From: Cycas panzhihuaensis
Taxonomy: Eukaryota; Plantae; Cycadophyta
Assembly: GCA_023213395.1 (NCBI GenBank)
Contig: CM041465.1
Span: 83,335,741 to 83,399,740 of the forward strand
DNA length: 64,000 nucleotides
Direction: 5' to 3'
The notes below the pieces were generated by a model. That model was not told the DNA's origin. It did no database searches and saw only the letters and a program-made list of their open reading frames with translations. Shown in pieces: positions 12,860-25,944 of the stretch (position 1 is its first letter; every line of letters starts with the position of its first letter). The position numbers were made by a program, and so were the translations under genes.

Positions 12860-14699
12860 ATTTCTGTATGTTTTTTTAAATTTTATGTGAAATAATGTTA
12901 TAGAAAATCTATTTAATTTTCATAAAGACAAGTTAGTTAGTGTGAAAAATTATGATTCATATAAGCACTAGATGGCAAAATTATTAAGGATGGATGGTTT
13001 TGTGGCCAATACATAGAAGGAAATGTGATTAATCTAGATAAAACTATTGTTTCTATTCATGAGAAAATAAAATTTAAGATAAAAAATGGTAGTGCTTTAT
13101 ATTTGGTTAACATGTGTATTTGTAGAGTTTTGGTGGAGAATATTAAAAGGAAAAAATACCTTAGGAGGGATGGACTATTATAACATTTGTATTTTGAACA
13201 GACAATAATGTCAGGATAATGATTCTTAAAAGTCAGTTATATAGTGTGAAGATGATTGGTTTTATGGTTGAACATCTCTAGCAAGTAAAAGGCAATTTGA
13301 AATTAATTGGAGAATGTTAGAGAGATTGTTGATGATAAAGATAGTATTATTATTATATTAAGGAGTTTGTTAAAGAAGTACGAAAATTTTATGATGAGTT
13401 TCTTATTCTGTTAAAGAAGGTGACTAAAATTTCATTCATTGAATTTAAAACTTTAATATTGTGATACAAACAAATTTATAAGGAAAGTATTGTTTGAGAA
13501 AGATAAATTTAGAGTCCACAATGGTAGATTGTTTAGAATGGATAACAAAAGTGTTATTATTATGGCAAACTAAATTACATCAATAAATATTATAAAACGT
13601 TACACCCTGATAAATAGAATATAAAGAAATTAAATGATTAACAAAATTAGAAGAGGAAGAAACTAAAGTCATGACACTTTTTTGGTCATAATTTAGGTTC
13701 AAATGAAAGGAATTTTTTTTTTCATGGTAGTGTCATAAGAAAGTCACAAATCACTTAATGTTTAGTACATTGATTTAAGAGCTTTTAGATATATAATAGG
13801 TAAGATCGAGTGGTTCATGCATGTGGGAGGTTATTGGACAAACAACCACATTAAGAAATAATAAAGTGTTGAAAGTAAAAGGGATATGAGAGGTTTTAAT
13901 CATTACATTTGATGGAGAGGACTACTATATAGAAGATGTGATGTTTGTATTAGGATTAAAGACAAATTTAATTTCTATTAGTTATATTGAAGGTGGCAAG
14001 ATATGCATTTTCTTCAAGGATGGGAAGGTTACTATTTACTATTAGTGATTATGATATAAAAATCACAACCAAAGGTATTAGAGATGGTGGTCTTTATCAA
14101 CTCTTAGGAAAATCTATAGAGTAAAGAGCTTTTATTGCTTATGTAACTTGTAAACATTAATTATAGCATGAAAGAATGAAACATTCACATTATTATTGCT
14201 TTCATTTAATGTATAAATTGAACATGGTTCATGGGCTTTTAAAACTAAAACCAAATAATAATTTGTGTGAACTTTGTATCATGGAAAAATATTATTAAGA
14301 AAGGTCACATAAAGACAAATATTGGAAAGCAATAGATAAGTTTGGCCTTGTATGCCTAGACATTTGTAATTCAATGCCAATTACTTTTATTAAAGGTGCA
14401 AGATATTTTTTTGACTCTCATTGTTTATTTTTTAAAGAAAATTTAGCTGTATTATATAAAGGAGAAATTTTAGACCACAAATATTTTTAAGAAATTTAAA
14501 TAGTGAAAAATGAAAGTGATTAGAGGTTGAAAATTTTCATATCAAATAATGGGGGAGATTATACCTCCCAAATATTTATAGTTTTGTATGGACTACAAAA
14601 TTAAGAAATAAATGACAATTTTATACATACCATATCTCCATAGAATAGAGTTGTTAAGAGGATGAACATGACTTTTGTAAAGAAGGTTAAGTCAATAAT

Positions 14700-15076
14700 T
14701 GTTTGGAAACATAAAATCATACATGAATATTCCCAACTACAGAATCTTTTACCATACACAACAAGCAAACAAACAAATATACACAGATAACAGATGCATA
14801 GTACACAGAAATTTACGTGGGAAAGCCCTTTTAGGAAAAAATCAATCACAAAATAATCCTTGATGGATCTCTTAGATTATTGCACAATGGATTGATACAA
14901 TGATCTTGGATGATGAATACATAAGGCCTCAAGACATTTATACTCTCCAAGAGGTGTCACTCAATTAGGGTTGTGACCCTCTGAATAAGTCGCACCTTTT
15001 GGCTTTGCACCCTTTCACTTAATTAGACCTCATTAACATTAACTAAGTGGCTTAATAATTAACTACCACATTAACA
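14700..15076 (-). repeat. 3' LTR of Copia B
   Basis: TG...CA ends; aligns without gaps to 20668-21044. Confidence 0.95.
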
Positions 15077-15179
15077 TTCCCCCTTAACGTGAATGTGGGG
15101 AGTCTGTCAACTGCAACAATTATGTTATCACGAAGTCTGGGACTATCTTGTAGCTTCTTTATCCTTGTTGATACATCCC

Positions 15180-18100
15180 CCCTCAAGGATAACATTGGTG
15201 AGTCCAAGTCCAGTATGCATCTTCGTGAATTGATCTTCAGTGAGAGGTTTGGTGAATATGTCTACAAGCTAGAATTCACTCGAATAGTAGTCAACCTACA
15301 GCTTCCCTAATTTGATCTATTCATGAATGTAATAGCACTGAATCTCAATGTGCTTTGTATGTGCATGAATCTATGGATTCTTTGATAGGCTAATAGAACT
15401 TTGATTATCAACAAAGATAACCAGGTGTCCATTTAAAACTCTAAGAAACTCTAAGAGACCTTGTAACCATACGACTTCCTTCACACTAGTACTGAGTCCT
15501 TGATATTCAGCCTCTGTAGAAGAGAATACCACTGTCTGTTGCTTCTTTGACTACCATGAAATAAATCCATTGCCAATACTAAATAAGTATCCAGTACTGG
15601 ACTTCCAATCGTTAGAATCTCCTTCCCAATCAACATCCATGTAGCCATACAATTGTATCTCTTCACCTTGATAGTATTCGAGACCAAGATTGATAGTCCC
15701 CTTCAAATACTTTAGAATCTACTTTGTTGCAACCAAATAAGATTCCTAAGGATTTTGCATGTAACGGAAAACCAACCTAATAGCATATATGATATCAAGC
15801 CTAGTATGAGTCAAATAGATCAGACTCCTTACTACCTGGAAATAGTTTATACCATCTATAGAGGGCTTGTCCATATCCTTCTGCAACTTAGTGCCTTTTA
15901 TATATGGTGTTATAATTAGTTTACAATTCTACATTCTAAATTTCTCTAGTAAGTTATTCACATACTGAGACTGCAACAACATAATCCTATCATCCATCTG
16001 CCTGACTTAAATGCCCAAGAAGTAGTGAAGTCTCCCAAGGTATGTCATGTCAAATGAAGCTCCCAGATTGGATTTGACTTTAGCAATAGCCTTGCCACAG
16101 TTACCGTCGATGACCAAATCATCCATATATACCATGCATGCTACTATTGAAGTCCCTCTTCTCTTCATATACAGATTGGGGTCAAGTTCAGAAATCTGAA
16201 AACCTTTAGCTTTCAACTTTGTATTCATCTTTTCATACCAAGCATAGGGTGCTTATTTCAGGTCATAGATCAACTTCTTCAAACGGCACACAAGATGCTC
16301 TTGGCCATCCTTAACGAATCCCAGAGGCTGCGACATATATATCTCCTCCCTTAGATCTCCATTAAGGAATGCAAACTTTACGTCCATCTGATGTAACTCC
16401 CAACCATAAGCTAATGCTAAGGAAATCAACAAACAAACCATTATCATTCTGGAGACTGGTGTAAATGTCTCCTCATTGTTAATTCCTTCTTTCTTCTTGA
16501 ATCCTTGTGCAATAAGTCTAGCCTTAAACTTGCCCACCTCTCCATCAGAGCAAAACTTTATCTTGTAGACCCACTTACATCCTATAAGATTCTGTTGGAA
16601 GTAGTGGAACTAAATCCCATGTGTCGTTCTTCAGTAGAGAACTATATTCCTCCTCCATTGTAACTCTCCATCTTAGATCTTCTTTCACTTCATTGAATGA
16701 ATTAGGATCACTAGAATCATTGGTGTCTACTAGTAGAGTTCGACTAGCATGCTGACTTCGTGTTCTTTGATCATCAGTTAAGGTTTCCATTGCCACACCA
16801 GAATCTTCTATAGTCTTCCTTTCCTATAAAGGTATCGAAGGACCCATTGCTAGAGGTACTTCAACTTGTGGTGGCTCCTCACTATTACTCATCCCACTCA
16901 ATCTTGCTTCCTCAGGTGTTTTAGTAATTGGCTCATTATCCTCTCAACTTAATGAATCTGGGAATGGGAGAAGAGGGGGGTAAAAAGGCTCCTATGATGA
17001 TCGGTCAGCATGATACATTGATATCTCATCAAATTTTACATCCTAACTAACCACAATCTTTTCCCTCTTGTGGATCCCATAGTTTGTAGGTTTTGTTCTC
17101 CATGAAATACCCCATGAATATACACTTTAGACTTTTTTGATCTAGCTTCTTTCAGGTATCATCTGGGATGTGGGCATACAAGATACACCTAAACGTTCTT
17201 AAATAGCTAATGACATGTTTATGACTAGTCCATTTCTCTTTAGGGGTCATGCTGTGAACTACTTGAGTGGGTACCCGGTTCAAAATATAAACAACAATTA
17301 CCGTAGGTTCTGCCCAAAACTTTAGTGGCAGGTTTTGAGCATGCACCATACACCTCACCATCTCTAGCATGGTATGGTTCTTTCTTTTAGCAACTTCGTT
17401 CTATTATGGGGTATATGGGACTATAAATTCTTGCTTTATACCATGATCACAGAAGAACTGATTGAACACATTGTTATTGTACTCCTTGCCATTATCACTT
17501 CTTAAGGACTTTATTTTCTTATCACATTCATTTTCAACCATCACTTTCTAGTCACGAAAGCGATCAAACACGATTGACTTGTTTTTGAGAAAGTAAACCT
17601 AGGCCTTCTTGGTGTAGTCATCCATAAATACAAAGGTATAACATGATCCATATATTGAAGGATTAGGAAGAGGGCCCATTAGATTTGAATGTATAAGCTC
17701 CAGCTTCTCCTTGGCTCTTCAGGCATTATCCTAAGCAAAAGGATAGTGATGCTTCTTGATATACATATACCATTTGCATACACCATCTGAGCAGGTAATC
17801 GACGGTAATCCTTCCACCATCGTTAACCTCTTCAACAGTTTAATACTCTTGTAATTAAGGTGACCAAGGAGGTTGTGCCATAACTTACTTACGTCATCCA
17901 TACTAACAACAAAGGTGTAGGACTTCTTTTGAGACTAAAACTTTTCAAACACCCAGAAGTTGTCCCTAACTTTCCTAGTAGCTATGATAGGAAAGTTTTG
18001 TTTCAGATCCTTAATTAGGCATTTGTCATCATAGAGCTCTACCTTCATACCTTTCTTGTAGATCTCTTGAGCCAAAAGAAGGTTCAACTACATCTTTAGT

Positions 18101-19139
18101 ACATAATACACCCCAGTGAATTTACCTCCTATAATGGAAACTTCGCTGATATCTTCTACTGGCAAGATGCAAGTATCACCAAAGACAATCTGATCACCAC
18201 TTTGATTTAAAGTCATCGTATCAAAGTTCTTCCTTTGGTAAGAAATATGCTTCTGCACTCCAGAGTCAAGTACCCAATAATCTCTCCGATTAGATTTGAC
18301 TGATAAGGCTTTTACTTGGACATAGTGAGCAATAATATTCTTTCCTTTATTATCCTAGTTGACTTTGTGCTTGTCACGATGCCTAAACCAATAGTTCTCC
18401 TCATGGTGACCTTCCTTCTTATAATAATTGCATTTCTTGTTGAACTTCTTTTTGTCTTAAGAACTTTCTCCTAACCACTGTGTGATCTTCTCCTCCTTAG
18501 GGGCCTCCTTCCTTTGAGTTTTCATGGCTAAGGCCTAACTTGAACCCGAACCTCTAAGCATACCATGATGTTTGAGCTTGGCATCCTCTACTAGAATCAA
18601 GTTTTTAAGCCCATCAAATGTCTTTGCTTATATCACTTCATCTCTACCATAAATGGTCTAGAATGTGGCGAAGGCAACTAGCAATTTTGACATGATTATT
18701 GTGAATAACAACGTATCATCGATTGAGTTTGGCTTCAGTTCCTCTAACTTATTTTTCAAGTTAGTAATCTTGTTAAGGTAGGAGCTGATGTTGTTCTTAT
18801 CCTCCACATACGAGTTGAGTAATTCTAACATTAGTGCTAGACATCTATTCATCTACTTTTTTTCAAATGTATCACATAGTTTTCTCCATATCTCTGGCAA
18901 TTTGTCAAGATTATGAACCAATGCTCTCTAGTCTAGTGGCAGTAACAATTTCAATAGTCCCATGGCCATAAATTACTTCTCTTCAAGATGAATATGCTCC
19001 TTATGTCTAATGGAATCATGTCCACTTTTACTTTGGTGATTCCCCATAGTTGATTCATCATTAGAATTAGTTCCATATTGGCCTTCCAGTCACTAAAATT
19101 GTTACCATTGAATATAACTTTGGGCATAATGCATTCCAT
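15180..19139 (-). pseudogene. Copia B gag-pol pseudogene
   Basis: ORF-track fragments: gag (19139-18658), INT MLEMVRCM...FWAE, RT KFKARLIAQG, LHQMDVKFAFLNGDL, VYMDDL, LHYFLG. Protease WVLDSG at ~18270. Confidence 0.93.
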
Positions 19140-20667
19140 CTTGAGAAATAAGCTTCAATATGGGTTAAACGGCACTAAAACAAATGTTTACAGGATAAAA
19201 TACACCCCTATGTCCTCCTTTGACTCACGAGCACACTTCCAAAGGCATCCAACACCAACTATACCCATGTTAAGTGAGTCACTGACTATTTACACCTCCT
19301 CAACCATCAACAAATGAATTTAATTAACCATTAAATGTCATAATCGATTATAAAAGCTGCTAAAAACATGTGCACCAAAACAAAGGATGGCTCCACATGG
19401 CTAAAGTGCACGATCTCCAAGTTAAAATCACAAAACATCCCCTCGATTTATGCTTCTAATAGACCAAGAATACTTAAATAACTTCACACTATATAAAAGG
19501 TGTAATATCAATGGTATAGAGGGTCCCTTTTATAAAGTTCAATTCAAAAGAGAATATGCCAAAAGGCATATTTTTAAAAGTGGCAACTTTTCAAAAAACA
19601 CCCATGGCTCATCACTTAACTCACATGCCTTAAATCTCAAGAAATCAAATCAATGATATTACTAAGGTATTAAACTTAGTAAATATACATCAAATAATTC
19701 AAAGAGAGTAATGCACGTTGAGATATTAATGGATGTGGCACCTGCTAACTAATATGAATAACTTACAAACCTGCACACTTCAATCAGACCAACATTCACT
19801 TACATGGACCTATGCTTGCTGTATGATTGATATACAGTCATACCTCATCCCAACCATTTCATATAAAAGCTCAGCCACATGAATAATAGCCACAATAGTA
19901 CATGCAGGGGTTGCGTACTTTAAAACTGCTAACAACGATGCTATAGCTATAAATGCATTTAGTACGGATGGTAAGTAATCCATATAGCACCCAACCACCT
20001 CCAAAATACACCCATCCAACACTAAAACTTGCCTAGCCACCTCTAAACATGCATATATAGGCTAACTTTATCCATACAAATGAGATAAGAGGGCCTTTCT
20101 CATATATAATGGCACTACAACTTAAAGTTTAGTCATAGCCATTTGTGGTGCTAATAAATGCAGTATAGTTTTAGTATAAAGGGTAAAAAACAATCCAGAC
20201 AAGGCTTTAATCTCTCTCTTATATAGACAAGATACTTTTAATGGCTACAAAATCTAAATTTCTTTGAATTTTATAGTGTTTTTTATGTTTAAAGAGCTGA
20301 CTTACGTGTGTATATAGATGGTTGTTCTTATAGTCACTGAATCGCCATCAATATATGCTCTACAGGCATTAATCTTTACAACAAATCTTTAATCAGCTTT
20401 GGATGACTCCTAACAAGCCAGCTCCAACCATGATTGTGGTCTTCACACTTGAATATTGACTCCAATAAACCCTTATGTTCTTGTTGAATAGTGATCTTCA
20501 CTACTTCAACCACCACCAATACACTGTGTCTGCTTCTACACATTGTTAGGGTTGATGGACCCTCAAGACTTGTCTTGGGTTAGATGGCGTTACCTGGGGA
20601 CCAACGATTATACCGCTCCGCTTAACATCAGTCTTCAATTGTGTAGGACCCTATGGCTCTCATACCA

Positions 20668-21044
20668 TATTCAAGAACATGAAATCATACATGAATATTC
20701 CCAATCGTAAAATCTTTTACCATATACATTAAGCAAACAAATAAATATACACAGATAATAGATGCATGGTACATAGGAATTTACGTAGGAAAACCCTTTT
20801 GGGAAAAAACCCACCACAAAAGGATCTTTGATGGATCTCTTAGATTATTGCACAATGGATTGATACAATGATCTTGGATGATGAATATACAATGCCTCAA
20901 GGCATTTATACTCTCCAAAATATATCACTCGATTAGGGTTGTGACCCTCCAAATAAGGTGCACCTTTTGACTTTGCATCCTTTCACTTAATAAAACCACA
21001 TTAACATTAATTAAGTGGCTTCATAATTAACTGCCACATTAATA
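20668..21044 (-). repeat. 5' LTR of Copia B
   Basis: Adjacent to the iMet PBS; partner of 14700-15076. Confidence 0.95.
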
Positions 21045-24000
21045 ATAATAAAAGAGAGAAATTTTTTAAAGTCCTTTTGGATAGAAGTTGCTTGTACAAT
21101 AGTTTATTTGACTACTTGTAGTTCTAAAAATGCTACTTAGAATATATAAACTATAGTTGAGTGAGAAATAGATAATGAACCATCTAAAAATGTTTAAAGT
21201 GTTGCATACATGTTTATTTCAAGAAAAAAATATTAGAAGTTTGATGCTTAGAGTTTTGAGTATATTGCCATTAGGTATAGTAAAGAAAACAAAGTGTATC
21301 AACTATTTGAGATACCAACAAAAATGGTTTATATAATTTAGGATGCGTTTTCCATATTTTTGGATTTATTGGTAGGGAGGCATTGTTTTCTACCATCATT
21401 CACTAAGCGAGACATCATATGTTTGATATAATGCCAATTTAAGCTTTGAACCCTTGACTTTAGGGTACCTATGATTACAAACAAAAATATTACTATGCAA
21501 GGAACAAAGTCCTTTTTTCTCACTTATAATGCTAACTCTCTCTCATCTCTTTTTCTTTAGCTAAATGTTTTCTTGTGATTATTTATTGGTCTATCTTATG
21601 GGCTAAAAGAACAATAGTTTCTCATAAAAAAACATGATTTAAAGTGGTCTATTTAATTCTAAATGATTATTAGGTTTTCATCTTTTTGCCACTCCTTGCC
21701 TTGGAGGAGCTCTACTCTTCTAAGTTTTTATTTTTTCAGTTGAGAGATTTTTCTATTTTAGGATGGCTTTTGATGTTGTTGGAAGCTTGGAGTGTGGGAA
21801 ATCATGCGATTTTTGGTGATTCTTCCTTTATATTTAGTATTATGAGGGATTTTCTTGATTTTTCCTTATTGAAGTTGATGCTTTATGTAGTTTTGGTGTT
21901 CGATTTGTTTAGTGAATCAACTTCCTTATCAATAAGCTTTTATGATTTTCTCATTGTTCTTTGCATATAATTTATCTTTGATTTCACCTTTCTTTTATTT
22001 TATTGGTGACTTTTTTGTTAAAGTATAGGTACATTTCATTTTTCAAGAGATCCAATGCTTTCTTTGTAATATATCTCACACTCCCATTGTGCACAAGTAT
22101 TTCCCATTACTTGTAGTATGATAGATTGAGGTTTTCTACTTGATTTCCCTTTGCTTTGTTTATTCTCTTTTCATTTTGTTGTTCCTTTCTCCTGTTGTAT
22201 GATTGGTTTGCCTTATGTTTCTTTTCTTAAATTTTACCATTTAAGTTCACTCATTTTAGGTCAATCCTGGCCTTTTTTCTTCATTGTCTTATGATCTTGA
22301 TTTTTGGCAATTGGATTTTTAGTTATATTTCCTATGTAGTTTTTCTTCTATGGCTTTCTTGTTTGCATGTGGTTTGGGTAGATATCTTTCTTGTATTCAT
22401 GCATACTTGAAGGTCATTTTGCTTACGTGTTGGCTTGGAGTTCTTTAGGGTTCTATTTGCTTGTCATCCTACTGCCATTCTTTCATTTTTGGTGGTTTGA
22501 AGTTTGTTTCTCTTCTCTTCTTGTTTGTGTTTGGGCTTAGAATCAAGAATCTTTTTCTTGATTTCAACATTATTTACAACTGGTCTCTCTTTCACATCTT
22601 CCACTCATTTGGTTTGTATGCATCTTACCTCACCTCCCTATCCACATGCTTGTATTACAAGGAGAGTTTTTATTCTTATAAGCATGGATTTGAAATTCTT
22701 ACCCCTCTCTTCAAGTGAATTTTATGCTAGGTGTTTATTATTTTAGTGATTTACTTCCCAAACAGTTCTTTTTATGTTTATTTCTAGTGCTGTATATTTT
22801 CTATTTTACATAACAAAAGAATAATATCAAATACAATGAATAATATATTTTCTTTTATGTGTATGTATCTTTACTCTGCATCTTTATTTGTGTTCAGTAT
22901 AAGAGATAAAAGAAAATAGTAAAATAAAATAAGAAATAGTTTTTTTTCTTAATTATTATTATAAAATAAATTTCATTTACATAGTGTTTTCTTGAAATTC
23001 AATAAAATATATATTTGTATAAAACAACATAGATTTATTATAAATGAGAAGGAGGAGAGGTCTATCAAATGACCAAAAAAGTGTCCTTAAATATGATGTA
23101 ACTTGACCCTCAATTCCATTAGATATGAGATTTATCAATTTCTATGGTGAGTACAAATAATTCATCTCCTCATCACCTCAAAGTTCTTCAGGGTTTTAAT
23201 TAGGCTCTAGAATTCCCACAAATAAGAATTCAATCTAGTTCCAGAATTCAACCCAATTCCCATGTAGTCACTCTTTTATTATGTCTTTTTATGAAAAGTA
23301 TTGGTTATTATTTAATTAATAATGATTTAATCTTTTATTTTAATTTAATATTTTTTTATTTTTTCTAAGGAGAGTTAGGCATATGATAATTCCTTTCCTC
23401 TTGATTATAATTATCCTCATGAGTTTTTTTGTCTCTTTGCATCATAAAGTACAAATATGATTAGTAAATAATTTTAGATATTGTTTTGTATAATTTTTTC
23501 TCTTTCCTAAGCAGTACTATCTTTATCACAAAATGTCCATTTAACTTTGATTTTAGAAATCCTTCTATTTTTAAGTTGTCTAACTCTTTGATCCATTTTT
23601 TTCAAGTTTTATAGGGAATTCATATCCAAATTTTATAGTTATTTCATTTTATTTAATCAACCATTTTTTATCAAGTACATATTTCTTTAGTAAGCTTATG
23701 AAGAATACTCTATAGATTTTTAATTGAGGAAGTAATGCAAGCTTATAGCCTAGGTTTCATATTTGTTAAAGTACTTCAAAAGGACCACAATATTTGGGAG
23801 TTAGTTTAGCATATTTTTTTTAAATTTTAAGGAATCTTTTTTTGGGTTTGATGTGGAGAAGTATCTTATCTCCTATTTAAAATTCCTTAATTAAGTGTTT
23901 CAAACTAGTAAAATTTTTATATCAGTCTTAGATGACCTTGATATTATTTTTGGATTTATAAACCACTTCTTTTATTTCTGCTAAATTCATAGTAGAATAC

Positions 24001-25543
24001 CATTTTCAATGTATATGTTTTGATTGAAAAATAGGTGTATTATAATTTTTTTTATAAACAGCTTCAAATGGGGTTGTCCTAATAGAGAAGTGATAACTTT
24101 AATTGTATATCAATTCTACTAAATGTAAATAATTCTCCCAATGGAAAAGTGTTTTTATTATACAAATTCAAAGCATATCTTCCACCATTTAGTTTACTCA
24201 TTCTATTTGTTCATTAGTCTCAAGGTTATAGGTGATACATATTTTAAGGGTAGTAAAATTCTCATAACAAAAAGTTTCCTAAAAGCTAAACATAAATATA
24301 GGATTTCTATTAGATACAATACTTTTAGGTATGTCCTATAGTTGGAATATCTCCTTTGTAAATATTTGGACAATGTTTTTTCTAGTAGATTTAATCCTAG
24401 TAGATATGAAATGTGTTATTTTAGTTAACATGTCTATTACTACTAAGATAGTATCATGGCCTTTCTAATTACTCAATAGATCAATAACATAATCAATGCT
24501 TACTGATTCCTATTTCTACCTAAGGATGTCTAATGGTTATAATAACCTTGCGGTTCTACATTTTTTGCCTTAATTCTCTAATAAAAAAGACATTTTTAAA
24601 TGTATAGTTATATATCTAATTTTATTTTAGACTATTTTTTTTTCTTAAATAGTTAAATAGGTCTTATGGAATCTAAGATGTCCTACTATAGGTATGTCAT
24701 AGAGATCTTTTAGGATTTTATCTTTTATTCTGGAGGCATTAAGTATACATAAGCTTCCCTTATAATAAAACAAATCATTATTTGATAAAACATATATTTT
24801 TCTACTTGCTCCTTATAATGAATATTGCATTGAGGGTTTTATAGTTGGGAAAGGATTGATTTAAAATACTCATCATTAATTAGGAAATCTTTGATAGAGT
24901 TGTTCAAGTTAGTTGTCACTAAGGATATAACATTGTTATAACTTCTTTTTTAGCTAAGGGCATTAACAACTTTATTTTTCTTTCTAGGGATATATTAGAT
25001 TCCAAAATTTTATCTAGCATCTTTGACTCATATTTAGATACAGATGTTTGAATATATATTGTAGACTATGATGATATGTTTTGAGGGTAAATTTAACTCC
25101 TAGCAAATGATGTCACCAAATCTTTAAAACATGTATTATGTTTAGTAATTCTACATCATAAGTAGGATAATTTTTCTTAGTGCTTTGTAAATTTTTTGAT
25201 TAATTACTTATAATCTTTCTATTTTGCATCAAAACTCCTCTTAGTCTATTCACAGTAATGTAAAAAATTATTAGGTAAGTCTTATATAGATCAAGAATAC
25301 ATAATATTAGTGTGGTTATTAATTATTTCTTTAGTTTATAGAAGGATTTTTTATATTTTGATGTCCATATAAATATCCTATCTTTTCTAGTTAGGTCAGT
25401 TAGTAGTGCCACAATTTTAGAATAACTCTTATTGAAACTTTGATAAAATCTTAATAAATCTAAGAAATGTTGTACTTCATGTGCATTCTTTGGTTGTGAC
25501 CATTCCTATACAACTTCTATTTTTTTAGGGGTCTAGGGTGGTT

Positions 25544-25924
25544 TATTAGGATACCACTCCTTAATGATAATTGCACACCAATATAATAAGCAGATAACTC
25601 CAAAAGAACACTTGTACTGTAATACCCTTCGAGGGGGCAACCTCCTAATTACATGTAATAACAATGATATTTAAGATGCCATCCTCTAAGGATTACACAA
25701 ATATATATATGGCTCTATGCTTACTACACAACCTCTTCCTTATGCATGTGGGATATTACATGGATATATATAGTGCTCAATGACCACTACACAACCTTCG
25801 ACTTATGCATGTGAGATATTAAGAAAATGGAAGAAGTAGAAGAAATAAAAGATATAAAAGAGAGAAGAAGTAGAAGATATAAGAGAATATAAGAGAAGGT
25901 AAGTTAGGGGTTAGATCCCTACCA
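25544..25924 (-). repeat. 3' LTR of element D (contains an internal ~65-bp duplication ending TTATGCATGTGRGATATTA)
   Basis: Aligns without gaps to 31201-31581. Confidence 0.95.
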
Positions 25925-25944
25925 AAGTCCCCCCCTTAAAAAGC

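Larger units (their letters stand above)
14700..21044 (-). mobile_element. Full-length Ty1/Copia element B, 6345 bp, TSD ATAAT
   Basis: 377-bp LTRs at 14700-15076 and 20668-21044 (about 50 mismatches, ~13%). ATAAT at 14695-14699 and 21045-21049. PBS rc GCTCTCATACCA at 20656-20667. PPT rc CCCCCTT at 15079-15085. Confidence 0.95.
12900..21340 (+). pseudogene. Old Copia element C (gag-PR-INT), split by insertion of element B; 3' truncated
   Basis: Gag KNYDSYKH*MAKLL and integrase SNNGGDYTS lie before 14699. The frame VVKRMNMTFVKKVKSII resumes after 21049 as ...KSFWIEVACTIVYL. Confidence 0.8.

Noticed and set aside
22745-23378. Candidate 3' LTR of Gypsy J paired with 38050-39300
   Set aside because: Only a short AT-rich similarity (TGACC..TC...ATATGAGATTT) was found, and it does not extend.
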